Source: Octopus sinensis (lineage: Eukaryota). From it: 64,000 nt of DNA. The stretch is from assembly GCF_006345805.1 (NCBI RefSeq), contig NC_042997.1, forward strand, positions 15,624,001-15,688,000, given 5' to 3'. Made by a program: the position numbers and the translations under genes. The notes under the pieces were generated by a model. The model had not been told where the DNA came from. It ran no database searches and was given only the letters and a program-made list of their open reading frames with translations. This document shows, in pieces, positions 23,824 through 37,560 of this stretch (the stretch's first letter is position 1; each line of letters begins with the position of its first letter).

Positions 23824-25121
23824 TGTATGTGAGCACAGGACGTCACAAGTATACAACAAAAGATACGAAGCACGGGTACATGGAGCATGAACTATTCTTT
23901 CGAACAACGGAGGACGTAAACGGAAAACAAGACAAACAACTTAAAGAACGACCCATCATCAGTTGTTGGTTGTTTTTCTAGTCCCGTATTTCGTGCACTT
24001 AACAACAATATACGCTTTCGATAAAACAGCTGCCTCCGCAAAGCAAATTAAATAAAATTTGGGATTTTGCAGAGGGTCAAAATTGGTAACACCAACAGGA
24101 TAGTGAAAACAAACAGGAAGGGCCGCTAAGCCTAAACAAGGTTGTGGTGGCGAAAGTGAAAATAAAGCCTGGACATGAGACAAACAAGAATACGTCTTCC
24201 TTGTTTCAGCTACAACGGATTGAAAGAAACACAAGTTAGGAAAAGAAAGAAAGTTGACCGATGGTAACGCGGGAGCCACGTGAGCAAGGGAGGATGAGTG
24301 AGGGAGAGAGAGTGACAGCGTAATAGGATAGAATATTGGGAGAAGAGGAGATAAAAGAATAAGAGAGAGAAAGAGAAGAAACGAAAGAGTTAAAAGATTG
24401 TATAGAGTGCGCATCAGAATGCGTTCAATAATTTAATAATGTAAATAATATATATGTGTATGCGTAGATAGATAGATTACAATATATATACATACACACA
24501 CACATGTATATATAGACATACATGCATATTATATGATAAATACATAAGTTATTACATATCTTTATGCACTTTTGTGTCTTTGTGTGTATGGAGGGATGTG
24601 AGTGTGGGTGTGTGTGTACGTATATTTATTGGTGTATACAGACAATACTTTTATTCGGTGACAATATCCCATGTTTATTTTTCATATTATCGTCTTCCTA
24701 CACAAATACATTTAGCGATCGCTATATATATATATGTATATATATACCTTTAGACGTTCGATGTGCCATCACCATTCGTCTACATGCGCATAACTTAATA
24801 AAGATACAGAAGATACAGTAATACCTTTATGTACATGTAGGGTCACGTACCTGCGCAGGTGAAAATTAAGTCATTGATATATGCACTTTTAACTCGCATT
24901 GGTGCGTAGCATATATTCCAGTCTGTATTCGTGTACATATAACTGATTGCTTCTACATACACACAAACACATACACAGAGACACATACAGACACACACAC
25001 ACACTCACTAAACAGATATGTATATAGGGAGATATATATACATACATATATGTACAGGTGTACATATATATGAAAATATATATGCATATATATATATGTA
25101 TATACATACATACATTCATAC

Positions 25122-25166
<45 letters not shown>

Positions 25167-25172
25167 TTATTT

Positions 25173-25204
<32 letters not shown>

Positions 25205-25655
25205 TATAAAATACAAAAATGGGACAAGAACGCAAAACATCCAGACAGTTAGGTGATCCAAAAAAAGGGACAACAAAATATCCAGACAGACGATACAAGG
25301 AAACAAGGACGGATCATTCAGATTTTCTATCCTCAATCGAGTTCCCGATTATCATTGCAATTTCGGTTGGCTATACTCGAGATTGCGCGAATACGGTCAG
25401 CCCCAAGGAAAAAATAAGCTAAGAGCATTACATTCCTTGGAAGAAAGCAGCGAATGTATACGAAAACAAGGATGAAAAAGAAAAAGAGAAATGTTACACA
25501 AATACAAATAACAGGACATAACAACATGTGTCTTTCAACTAAGGACGAAATAAATTAAGCTGGCGTGTGTGGAAGTAAAACCTTACGGCAGGGACATAAG
25601 ATTTAACAACCACAGGATGGAATATAGATATTGCACGGACAGTAGTCCAACCAAG
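25205..25655. repeat. Unclassified dispersed repeat family E, (TA)n/(TTTA)n-adjacent, probably a PLE terminal repeat
   Basis: Homologous copies at 28022-28480, 28783-29008 and inverted at 30294-30400. Confidence 0.75.
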
Positions 25656-25792
25656 CCGAAATATTATATATATATATATATGATTGATTGATTGATTCTA
25701 GTTTCAGCTTATGAGCTGTGGCCATGCTGGGGCACCGCCATATATATATATATATATAAAATAGTAAAAACTTTCTCATATATATATATATA

Positions 25793-26505
25793 TATGTGAA
25801 TATAAAAAAGGGTATAATATAGATTACTACCAGTGGCCCAGCACAAAAGACGAATTAGTCATTAGACAAAATATTATTCATTCAGAAAAATATCATTCAT
25901 ATAGAAATATAATTAAGGGCTCCTAAATAAGGATGCCAAGTGCAAGGGACACAAAAAAGGGATAAATTCATCGAGAGTGAAAATGAAAAACATTTACCAT
26001 TAACGATACATCCCGGACTGATCAGTTTCTACCTCTTTCTAGCAAAACAGACAGAATATGTTTGCTAAGGCTGGTTTCATCAGCGAGACGCCTTTGTTAA
26101 ATCGAGAAGCACAGAGCGTTAGACCATGTGTTGATCTAAACAACTTGTAAATCTTAACTCTTCAAACCTCTGCGCAGACGCAAAATCTACCCGGTGATAT
26201 AGGGCATGCCGGGAAAAAATTTTACGAACAAATCTATCAAGTAATATGTGAATATAATCAAAAAAAGGTAATAACATAGATTACTACCATGGCCCAGCAC
26301 AAAAGATGAATTAGTCATTAGACAAAATATTATTCATATAAAAAAATATTATTTATATAGAAATATAATTAATGGCTCCTAAACAAGGATGCCAAGTGCA
26401 AGGGACACAAAAAAGGGATAAGTTCATCGAGAGTGAAAATGAAAAACATTTACCATTAACGATACATCCCGGACTGATCAGTTTCTACCTCTTTCTAGCA
26501 AAACA

Positions 26506-26510
<5 letters not shown>
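25793..26510 (-). mobile_element. ~452-bp unit in 1.6 head-to-tail copies between (TA)n tracts (PLE pseudo-LTR-like)
   Basis: 25793-26060 is repeated at 26245-26510. The full unit contains an HHR. Confidence 0.8.
26009..26090 (-). ncRNA. Type I hammerhead ribozyme motif
   Basis: Stem I CGTCTCG/CGGGATG, CTGATGA, stem II ACC/GGT with inner hairpin TAGCAAA/TTTGCTA, GAAA, palindromic helix III ACTGATCAGT, GUC site. Confidence 0.78.
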
Positions 26511-26546
<36 letters not shown>

Positions 26547-26822
26547 TTATATTCTTTTCTTTTATCCTTTTATTTGTTACAGTGACTTAACTGCAGCAAT
26601 GCTGGAGCACCGCCGTCAGTCAAACAAAATAACCTCAGGACTTATTCTTTAGTAAAATTTCAGATGTTGGATCGACTGAATTACATACTCCCGAATTAAA
26701 GTGCAAGTCGCACAGCATTGATCAGTATATATATAGGAGAGTGTCGAACTCTAATGTGAGAATGTGCGCTCAACACCACATGGATAAATAATCCTTTTTG
26801 GATTAACTGTGTAACGTTAATC

Positions 26823-26982
26823 CAGGTGTGGCTGTGTGGCAAGAATTTTGCTTCCCAACCACATGGTTCGACATTCAGCTCCACTGCATGGCACCTTGGA
26901 TAAGTATGCTCTGCTATGGGCCCTTGACCGAACAAACCTTTATGAATGGATTGGGTAAACGAAAACTGAAAGCAGCCCGGCC

Positions 26983-27048
<66 letters not shown>

Positions 27049-27235
27049 TCCCCCAACATCGCTTGACAACTGATGGTGGTATGTTTACATCCCTGTAACT
27101 TAGCGGTCGGGCAAAAGAGACCGATAGAATAAGTACTAGGCTAACAAAGAATAAGTCCTGGGGTCGATTTTTCGACTAAAGGCGGTGCTCCAGCATGGCC
27201 GCAGCCGAATGACTGAAACAAGTAAAAGAATAAAA

Positions 27236-27240
<5 letters not shown>
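26823..27240 (+). mobile_element. SINE-B, full length
   Basis: Head, (TA)n(TG)n linker, tail GGCGGTGCTCCAGCATGGCCGCAG..GACTGAAACAAG. Confidence 0.88.
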
Positions 27241-27270
<30 letters not shown>

Positions 27271-27710
27271 TGTGTGCGTTTATGTGAGTGGGTGAGTGTG
27301 TGTATTTCCACCAAACGGTGTGAGGTTATTTACGTCCCTGTAACTTAGTGGTCCGACATAAGACACCATTAGATAAGTACCATATTTAAAAAAATGATTA
27401 GGATCGATTCGTTCGACTGCAACCCTTCACCGCGATGCTCCAGCATGACCACAGTCCAATGACTGAAGCACGTAGTAGATAAAAGACAATAGAAACGATA
27501 GATAGTTAGATTCAAATATTCGTATTTGTATATCTACATAAAAAAACATGGACACACATACACACACATTGAGACTAACACACATATATATATATATATA
27601 TATATGATCATACATAGGTATATCTACATACATATAAGCACACACACGCACATATATACATTGATACATATATACGCACACACACGTACACACATACACA
27701 CGCATACACT

Positions 27711-27742
<32 letters not shown>

Positions 27743-29635
27743 CACATACACACACCGTATTTCTCAGTCCACATTGAACGCCTCGAGCAGTTTACTGTAG
27801 ACTGTAATTGCATCAGACAAAACATATCGCAAGATAAAATAACAAGAGAGAACAATAGTACAATATCTATTATAATAATTAAGGAAAAACATTATCTCGA
27901 TAGCACAGACTAAGTCAAAGACATAAAAGACATTTACTACTAGCTAGCCAATATTTATAGAAACATACACACACACATACATATATATATATATATTATT
28001 ATTATAATTATTATTATATAAAAAATACAAAATGGGACAAGATCTCAAAACATCCAGACAGTTAGGTGATACAAAAAAGGGACAACAAAACATCCAGATA
28101 GACGATACAAAGAAAACAAGGACGGATCATTCGGAGTTTTCTTTCCTCAGTCGAGTTCCAGATTATCTTTGCAATTTCGGCTGGTTATACTCGGGATTGC
28201 TCCAATCTGGCCAGCCCCATTGTAAAAATAAGCTAAGAACATTACATTTCTTGGAAGAAGGCAACGAATGTATACGGAAACAAGGACGGAAAAAAACCGA
28301 GAATGTTACACAAATACAAATAACAGGACATAACAAAGGGTGTCTTTCGACTAAAGATGAACTAAATTAAGCTGACGTGTGTGGAAATGAAGCCTTATGT
28401 CAGGGATACAAGATTTCACAGGGAGATATAAAGATGTTGCACGGACGGCGGTCGAACCAAGAAAGAAATGTCAGGCTTGGCCGAATATCGGTTACGTGGG
28501 GAAAGAAGAGAGAGAAGTAGAGGCAGAGGGACAGAAGAAATAAGGAGAAGCGAGAAAAAATGACAGGGACACAGTGAAGTGAGCATGAAGAAAAGGCAAG
28601 GAAATGTGAGAGAGGGGGAACGAAAGAACGAAGAGTGGAATGAACGAAGTAAGCGTGAAAGGGATAACAGAAAGAAGGAAAGAATAAAAGAATAGAATAG
28701 AGTCGTACAAGATTTAGATAAATATAAACATACATATAAAAGACAAAAGTATACGTACGCCGCTATATGTTTTTATATATGAAAAATACAAAATTGGTCA
28801 AGAACGCAAAACATCCAGACAATTAGGTGATACAAAAAAGGGACAACGAAACATCCAGATAGAAAGAAAATAAGGACGGGACATTCGGAGTTTTCTTTCT
28901 CAGTCGAGTTCCAGATTATCTATGCAATTTCGGCTGGATATACTCGAGATTGCTCCAATATGGCCAGCCCCAAGGAAAAACTAAGCTAAGAGCATTAGAC
29001 GTTCTTGTCCCATTTTGTATATATATATATACATACACATTACACATTCTTATATACATGTACAAGCAAATATGAACTGTCACACACCTGTATATGTATT
29101 AATATGTGTGTGTGAGTATGAATGTATGTGCATGTATGTGTATGAGTTAGAGAGAGAGAGAGAGAGAGAGAGGGAGGGAGAAAGCGTATGCATACTACCC
29201 GGTTAGTAACAATGTATCAAGGCTCCTTTGTGTTAAGTCAAGTCCGTTCTTGGTGTTTGTGATTAACTGAATTGATTGTTCAATGTGAGTATGTGTGTGT
29301 CTGTCTGTGCGTGTGAGTGCATATGTGTTTGAATGTGGATAAACTTTCACTCGTGTAGGGAATGTCCAGGTCACCTTAGTACTCAATTATGTGATTCGTG
29401 ATTGTTCATGCGTATATTCTCTATGTGTACATGATTGCGTGTATGTATTTGCCGAGGAACCTCAAATGGGGAATCCCTGTACTGCTTTGCAAAATTTCAC
29501 TGTACTTCTAGTGTATTGTATTTGGAGAATGTGAATCAATACGTAGGTATGTAGATACGTAGGTAGGTACGTAGGTAGATAGGTAGGTAGATTGATAAGT
29601 AGGCAGGCAGGTAGGTAGATAGGTATGTGGTGGTG

Positions 29636-29976
29636 GTGGTGACCCCCTTCGGTCAGACACTGACCATGGGTTTGCAACTAGAGAGTTACCCCCTGAGGCA
29701 CAAGTCTGGGCAAGGTTGTTTTATGGAAGACCAGCAGTCGCCCATGCATACCGGCCTCCCCTCTCCACGCCACCTATGTTATCCAAGGGAAAGGCAAGGG
29801 CCGATACAGCTTGGCACCTGTGACGTCGCAACTCATTTCTACAGCTGAGTGAACTGGAGCAACGTGAAATAAAGTGTCTTGCTCAAGAACACAACACGCA
29901 GCCCGGTCCGGGATTCGAGCTCACAACCTCACGATCGTAAGCTCGACGCTCTAACCACTGAGCCACGTGCCTTCAC
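29636..29976 (-). mobile_element. SINE-D, full length
   Basis: Closely similar to 37961-38302. Sits inside (TAGG)n. Confidence 0.9.
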
Positions 29977-30689
29977 GTAGATAGGTAAGTAGGTAGATAG
30001 ATAAATAAGTAGGTAGGCAGGTAGGAAGTTAGGTAGGTTGGTAGGTAGGTAGGTTGATAGATAGATAGGTAGATAAATAAGTATGTATGTTTGTAGGCAG
30101 GCAGGCAGGCAGGCAGGTAAGTGGGTAGGTAGGTAGATAGGTTGGTATGCATATGTTTTCTTTCAGTCCCAAAACAATAAAATCTGAAAGACATTAACAA
30201 CACACACACATACGACAGGATTTCCATACAGTTTATTTCAAATCTAATTTACTCGCAATGTATTGGTCGGCCTTTGGCTATAATAGAAAGAGACCCGTCC
30301 TTATTTTCTTTCTATCTGGATGTTTTGTTGTCCCTTTTTTGTATCACCTAATTGTCTGGATGTTTTGCGTTCTTGACCAATTTTGTATTTTTTATATATA
30401 AAAACATATAGCGGCGTACGTATACTTTTGTCTTTTATATGTAAGTTTATATTTATATATTCCGGCACTATGTGGCTAAACCCAAAACCACGTCGTTCCA
30501 TAGCAAACTTCTTAACCACGAAGCCATGTCCATGCCCACATACATACATACATACATACATACATACATACATACAGGAACAGGAGATTTCCACAAAGTA
30601 CCTGGTAAACAAGAGAAACAGTGACGCTCTTACAATCCCAAGGTGCAACCGCTTGTGTAGGCTATGCCTTGTTTCTGAGTAAGACATTA

Positions 30690-31290
30690 CGCATGTGATT
30701 AGCAGCTGTCCTAAAATGTCGTCACAGTACTACCTCCCTATGTGGCACGATGTTTTCGCGAAAACAATTTACAATGCGACCCGCAAAAAAGACTGTCCTG
30801 AAATAAACTTAGGAAAACCTTCTGGTACTGAATACATTCATAAATACCAACTCAAGGAATACTGGTGGAATATTCTCATCAAAACTTCTGTCAAATATAA
30901 ACATAACAGGCCGAATCTTGTTGTCATAGAGGTCAGCTGCCCTGCAGATATGAATATCTCTGAAAATCAAAGTATAAGAGGATATATATGGACAACTGCT
31001 TCGGAACCTTCAGCTTCTATATCCAGACTATGAATTTATATACATACCAGTAATAATTGGAGAATCTGGAAAAAACTGGGATTTTCAGAAAGAGAAATTG
31101 ATCAGCTGATTTGTACATTACAAGGGCAATCTGAGTGGAACAGTAAAAATATGCAAAACTTTTCTCAAGTTCCAAATGTGAATTTGTCTGTGTTAACAAC
31201 ATCCCAAAGATGGAGCCTTGTATCTTTGTTGGAGAGCGGCTCCCTCCTCAGTGGAATATTTATGATAATTAAAAATAGAAGAGACATACA
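30690..31290 (+). mobile_element. R4-clade LINE family 2, 3' fragment (CCHC end + restriction-like endonuclease + 3' UTR)
   Basis: HVISSCPK..HD..KEYWWNILIKTS..HNRPNLVVIEVSCPAD. The 3' UTR is shared with 55940-56443. Confidence 0.75.
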
Positions 31291-31700
31291 CACATACAAT
31301 AAATACATACATATATACATATTTACACACTTTCACACTCACACACAGACATACACACAAACACATATATCACGCGATCACGTGACCGATCAGGCTCTCA
31401 GATGTTGTTACACATTACTGGTCACAATGCGCTTTTGCATTGCTTTAGCCTTCAAGTGATGCCATCCCGTTTGCTAGACGAGCAGACCAACAATCACCCG
31501 ATCGAAAGGAAAACTGGAGCAACGTGAAATGAAATATTTTGCTCAAGAACACAACGCGCCACCTAGTCATGGAATCGAACCCACGATCTAGCGATCGTGA
31601 GTGCAACAGCCTAACCACTAGGTCACGCAAACACACACAGATGTATGTATATATATATATATGTATATGTAATGTGTATATATATATATATATATATGTA

Positions 31701-31741
<41 letters not shown>

Positions 31742-31811
31742 TAAATTATATATATATAATATATGTAATGTATATATATATAATATACGTTAATAAATGT
31801 ATATATATATA

Positions 31812-31853
<42 letters not shown>

Positions 31854-31919
31854 TATATCCATATACACATACATATATATATCTTTATATATATGTAGAG
31901 GTGTACGTATGAATATCTG

Positions 31920-32466
31920 TGTATGTATGTACGTATGTATGTATGTATGTATGTATGTATGTATGTATATGTGTGTGTGTGTGTTTATGCATGCATGTAT
32001 GTATGTATGTACGTATGTATGTATGTATGTATGTATGTATGTATGTATGTATGTATGTTGTATGTATGTATGTTATGTATGTATATGTATGTATGTATTA
32101 TGTATGTATGTATGTGTGTATGTATGTATATGTATGTATGTATGTATGTATGTGTGTGTGTGTTTATGCATGCATGTATGTATGTATTATGTATGTATGT
32201 ATGTATGTCTGTATGTATGTATGTATGTATGTAATGTATGTATGTATGTATGTATGTATGTGTGTATGTATGTATGTATTGTATGTATGTATGTTGTATG
32301 TATGTATGTATTATGTATGTATGTATTATGTATGTATGTATGTATGTATGTATGTATGTATGTATGTATGTATGTATGTATGTATGTATGTATATGTGTG
32401 TGTGTGTGTTTATGCATGCATGTATGTATGTATGTATGTATGTATGTATGTATGTATGTATGTATG
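31920..32466. repeat. Large imperfect (TATG)n satellite
   Basis: Directly visible. Similar tracts at 51215-51615, (TACC)n at 54945-55340 and (AAT)n at 33100-33397. Confidence 0.95.
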
Positions 32467-32957
32467 TTGCAGCTGGTATTGCTGAAACTTTACAAGAATA
32501 ATTTTCGTGGCGAACTGCCATTGTTGGTAACCATTCCATCAACATCATCGTCATCTGCAGAGTCCACCTTCCGCAACTCAGACGAATGGACACATCTCAG
32601 TAAGATGAACAACTGAAATGCAGGTAGACAGTGTAGCAGCTCCAGGTAATGAGCAAAAAAATGTGCCAACACGCCTCTTGGCAAAAGCGCTGACCAAATA
32701 ATTTTTGTCTTTAAGAAATACCGAAAACACTTCCAGCTGTGGATCATCGACTGATTAAAGAAGACAGTTCTCTTCTTCAGTAATTGGTTGTTGTGTTTTT
32801 AGTCCGTGTAAAATTTTGGGGCAATCAACTTCACTGCTTCGTCTAGCTGAAAAATACAATATACACATGCACGCATTCTATCCCTCCCTCCCTCCCTCCC
32901 CCTCCTTCCTTCCCTCCCTCTCTCTTTCTCTCCTAAACGCACAACCTAACACACACA

Positions 32958-33003
<46 letters not shown>

Positions 33004-33096
33004 CTGTGACACCACGGGAAAGTGCCTGCTACTTTAGCTTCGGGTCAATTCAAAGTGTAGTGAATGAAATGCGCGTGCGCGCACACACACACACGC

Positions 33097-33140
<44 letters not shown>

Positions 33141-33220
33141 TAATAATAATAATAAAAATAATAATAAGAATAAGAATAATAATAATGATAATAATAATAA
33201 TGATAATAATAATAATAATA

Positions 33221-33256
<36 letters not shown>

Positions 33257-33336
33257 TAATAATAATAATAATGATAATAATAATAATAATAAAAATAATA
33301 ATAAAAATAATAATAATAATGATAATAATAATAATG

Positions 33337-33395
<59 letters not shown>

Positions 33396-33560
33396 AAACA
33401 CACACACATATATATATAGGTTTCAAAGAGAAAAGAGACTACATGTAGTATAAACAGGGGAAATGTAAAAAGAAAAAAGAAAAAATGCACATTGAATATA
33501 AAAAATAAAGGCTTTTTAATGAAAAGTAAAGGTATATCTATCTATCTATCTATCTCTCTC

Positions 33561-33632
<72 letters not shown>

Positions 33633-33681
33633 CAAAAATAAGCAACAAGAACGACTCCGGTAATTTGGTACAAATATATAT

Positions 33682-33744
<63 letters not shown>

Positions 33745-33810
33745 ATTAGATGAACTGAGGTAGAATTAAGAGGTATAAAAGTCATTATGAATTATGAAAG
33801 AGATTCAGTC

Positions 33811-33880
<70 letters not shown>

Positions 33881-34411
33881 GTGTGTATGTTTATATATGC
33901 ATATATGTACACACACACACACTCACACACTCACACACACACATATATAAAATCCTACATACATACATACTTATATATATTTGGGTGTATGAAAAGGAAA
34001 AGTATCAAAAATATGTCGGGTGTCCCCTTATGTTTTTTGGGCAATTCTGACAATTCCTTCTGTGTAAAAAAAAAATGGTAATGAGTATCTTGATGTACTT
34101 ATCGCTATAGATCATTCCCACAGAACAGGTATTTACGAATTAATCGTATTTGAACATTTCGGAGATACTTAGACGGAAACCAGTTCTGTCGGGATAGGAC
34201 GGCGCAGACTCTTGCAGCTCAATGACGTCATATTTATGGTTTCAACATTGAAACATATAGGATAACCTTAAGAGGGCTACTAAATGAATTCAAACTATAA
34301 ATCACAATGAGTACCTAATTGATGATCTTCAAGTTTTAATTATTATGTTTTACTTACTCACAGGCAAGCACTACTCGTGTAAAAAGTTAATTGAAGATAT
34401 ATTTATTATAC

Positions 34412-34652
34412 AACAGTGAAATCTCCGATGATCTCCCTACAATCATTACAAGCCCGCGTCAGTATTATTAGTGGGTTATTTTTTTTTAATCTTTCACCCG
34501 ATATAAATATTTGATCCCTTTATAGATTATAACAGTGAAATCTCCGATGATCTCCCTACAATCATTACAAGCCCTCGTCAGTATTATTAGTAGGATATTT
34601 TTCAAATCTTTCACCTGATATAAATATTTGATCCCTCTGTAGATTATAACAG
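34412..34652. repeat. Tandem dimer of a ~118-bp unit
   Basis: AACAGTGAAATCTCCGATGATCTCC.. starts at 34412 and 34531, with terminal AACAG at 34648. Confidence 0.9.
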
Positions 34653-36429
34653 GAATGCACTGAGAAGAAAAAGAAATATGTTAGAATATATTAAGCAATG
34701 CTCAATGAGTTATAAAACAATCAAACGTAGGTCAACTTTTTGCACGGGTCAAATATATCTAGAAATTTCTTGTCAAAGATAAAACACATTTCGCTGTTAG
34801 ACATATATACGGATATCCTCTGTAATAGGAACAATGTAAAACATATATAGTTAAACAAAAAGCATCACAAATTGAATAGCCCGATGCAACTGAAATAGCA
34901 CTTAGAATAATCATTGAGTACAAAATGCAATTTCAATAATGCAACTTCGTTTTCACTCAAGGTGGAATACGCGTAAAGAAACTTGTGCATATTCACAAAA
35001 TATTATTCACTTATTTTATTGTAAATAGCGATACATTAAAAGCATGCATACACATTAAGCTCACTCTTTCAGATGTTGAGATAAAATACATTCTATTTTT
35101 CTGACCCAGCATGTCTAGAAAATGAAAGAGAATGGAAATGAAATCATTTTCATGATTGGCATTGTTCTTTTCAAAATAGATTATAAATCCAAGATATCGG
35201 CTAATTATTAAACGTACCGTCATCAGATGCATACGTAGTAGTATTTGGGAGGGGAATTCATCGTTGCAAAATTTCTCCAGTCTTGTAAATTATTGAACTC
35301 TTTATATTAGTTTCCAGTTCCTTAGCGAATAACAATTTTTCAATAATCTGGATTTGTATTGAGAAATGCGCATAAACAAAGAATAAAGCTGCATTTCCAT
35401 GCAATGTCTCATCATCAAGTTGTAAACAAAATTCAGTTGTTTTTAGTCATCGTAAATTCTGCTTCCGCTGTCATTTGCTTCTTTGTCAACTCCAGGTAAG
35501 ATTGAATTACTGCTGAGTAGAAACGAAGAAATTACTGTTATAGTTGACAGCAGAGTAATATTATGAGGCTTCCTTCATTTAACAGCAAGCCTTGAAATTT
35601 CATAAAATGCAATAGGCTTCTACTCTATTGCTCTGTACTTTCTAAATAGCTTTTTTTTATTGCTGAAAGATTTTCAAAGTTAATTTTTAAATCACAAAAT
35701 TAGCTTAAACCCTTATTGTTTTGTTTTCAAGTGCTCAATCTTTTCCAAGGATTTCTGTTATAATTTTTATTCTATTTTTCATTATTTAAAAATAAAAATT
35801 TTAAAGCAAATTAAACAGATAGATAATTTGTTGATTAATAGTGCATGAAATGACGCCATTATTTCAAATAATCAACTGAATGTTACAGATATTTTCATTT
35901 ATATTTATCTTTTATAGGTTTCAAAAATCGATAGTCACTGAATAAAATGAAAATGAAAACATATTTATAGAAAATTAATACTGTATTAATAATAAAATTT
36001 ATTACGTAGGAATAGTATTTACGAAAGAGTTGAAAATAAAAAAAAGTGGATGCAATAAATCAAAACATTATGTATTTTATTTTAATGTTAATTTATATTC
36101 ATTCAAAGTGTGATTGTAACTAATTTAGATCTAAAAAACACAAATTGTGTGCATTATACCTTGACAAATCAGTCATTTTCTGCTCACTGATAATACAATG
36201 TCACTCATTCTAATCCCAATAAAAATTTCCTTTTGAAAATGTGTTTAAAAAAATTATTATTCTACCAATTTTAAATATTTTATTTCTAAGAGAAAAAAAA
36301 TCACGTTATCTTCAAAGAAATATTTAAAAACGCAAAAAAAAATGTGCTTGCTATATATATATATTTTTTTCTGTTTAGACTGACTTATATGATGTTAAGA
36401 ATAATAAATATAAGTTACTGCATCATAGT

Positions 36430-36830
36430 AAATATAGGAAAGCTAACTGATAAGTACTACGACATCAATGATGAGATTAAACTCTTTTGTAAACGATATT
36501 AAAATTGATAACAGGATAGAAAATTTAGTTAAAAGGGAAACTTTTATAATTTACAGGATCACAAAACCATATTTTGCAAATGAGCCCACCAGTCAGTTTA
36601 TTAAGGGCAGATATAGATTTAGTAGCAGAAAACCTTTAGGAAAAACCTTATGTCCGTGTTTAGTAGTTTAGGTCTCGAAAGCTCTGTAGAAGGATCAAGC
36701 CCCTGCATTAATGGGTCAAAATAGCGTACATAGCTGAAACGACACATTTGTATTAGATCGAAGAACTTCATTGACAATCTAAACTTATGTTTAAAACTTT
36801 TTACAAACTGTATGCATCTCAATAATTTTC
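36430..36830 (+). pseudogene. Decayed Penelope-like reverse transcriptase N-terminal region
   Basis: NDIKIDNRIENLVKRETFI..(frameshift)..DHK(T)/PYFANEPT resembles the IDDRIE..AFITxKDHKxxFxNxPxxRLINP region of invertebrate PLE RTs (from recall). Confidence 0.5.
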
Positions 36831-37009
36831 TGTAACATCATTTGTACAGAACTAGCTGTTGTTAAAGGTGTCAGCAAGATTGTCCTTGCTCATCAAAAGG
36901 GGACGTGTAAACAAGAAACTCGGAGCAATGCTATATAAAGTTTTCAGCATTCAATAAACTTTTATACATACATACATACATACATAATACATACATACAT
37001 ACATACATA

Positions 37010-37560
37010 CATGGTGGCTGCCCCCTCGTTATCGAGTATGGCTATTGCACGAAGCTTAATCAATGTTGTTATCGTGCAATGCCTGTGCAAGAAGATTTTT
37101 TTTAAAGTGAGGAAAGGCTGTGCACTGAGTCAATCCCACTCACTAAGCAACAGCAGCCATAATCCGAAAAGAAGAAGTCAACATCATCGGTAACCACTGA
37201 GCCGCAGGTTTTATGTCGGAGTTATCCCAGTTACCTGAGTTACCTTCTCCTAGAAGGATGCACTAACAAAGGCTAGGGGTCCTTCACTCCCAATGGTTTA
37301 ATCGCGCGATCGGGTATTCAGTCCGATTATTTCTATGTCCCCGCGTATGATACAGCCCTAAGACATTTATTGGATGGCCGTTGACTCTCAAGAGTTCCTC
37401 CGCCCGTTGACGGGTTTTGTTTTTCATCCTGCAGGGTTTCCAATAAACACCCACCTCACCAAGCAAGCTTGGTGGGGTTGCCTGTTTAGTGGACGACGAC
37501 CCAACCATGCAACAGGTTGTACTGGGTTACATGTTACCAGTAGCACTTGAAAGTGACCTG
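37010..37560 (-). mobile_element. Non-autonomous bipartite RTE derivative (5' UTR-like part fused to RTE-type tail)
   Basis: TTCTAGGAGAAGGTAACTC..AAAACC motif typical of RTE 5' UTRs; tail GTGCAATAGCCATACTCGATAACGAGGGGGCAGCC resembles the SINE-D tail. No ORF. Flanked by (CATA)n. Confidence 0.6.

Noticed and set aside
37480-37560. HDV-like ribozyme at the RTE-derivative 5' end
   Set aside because: Only two simple hairpins were found; the nested double pseudoknot could not be built by eye.
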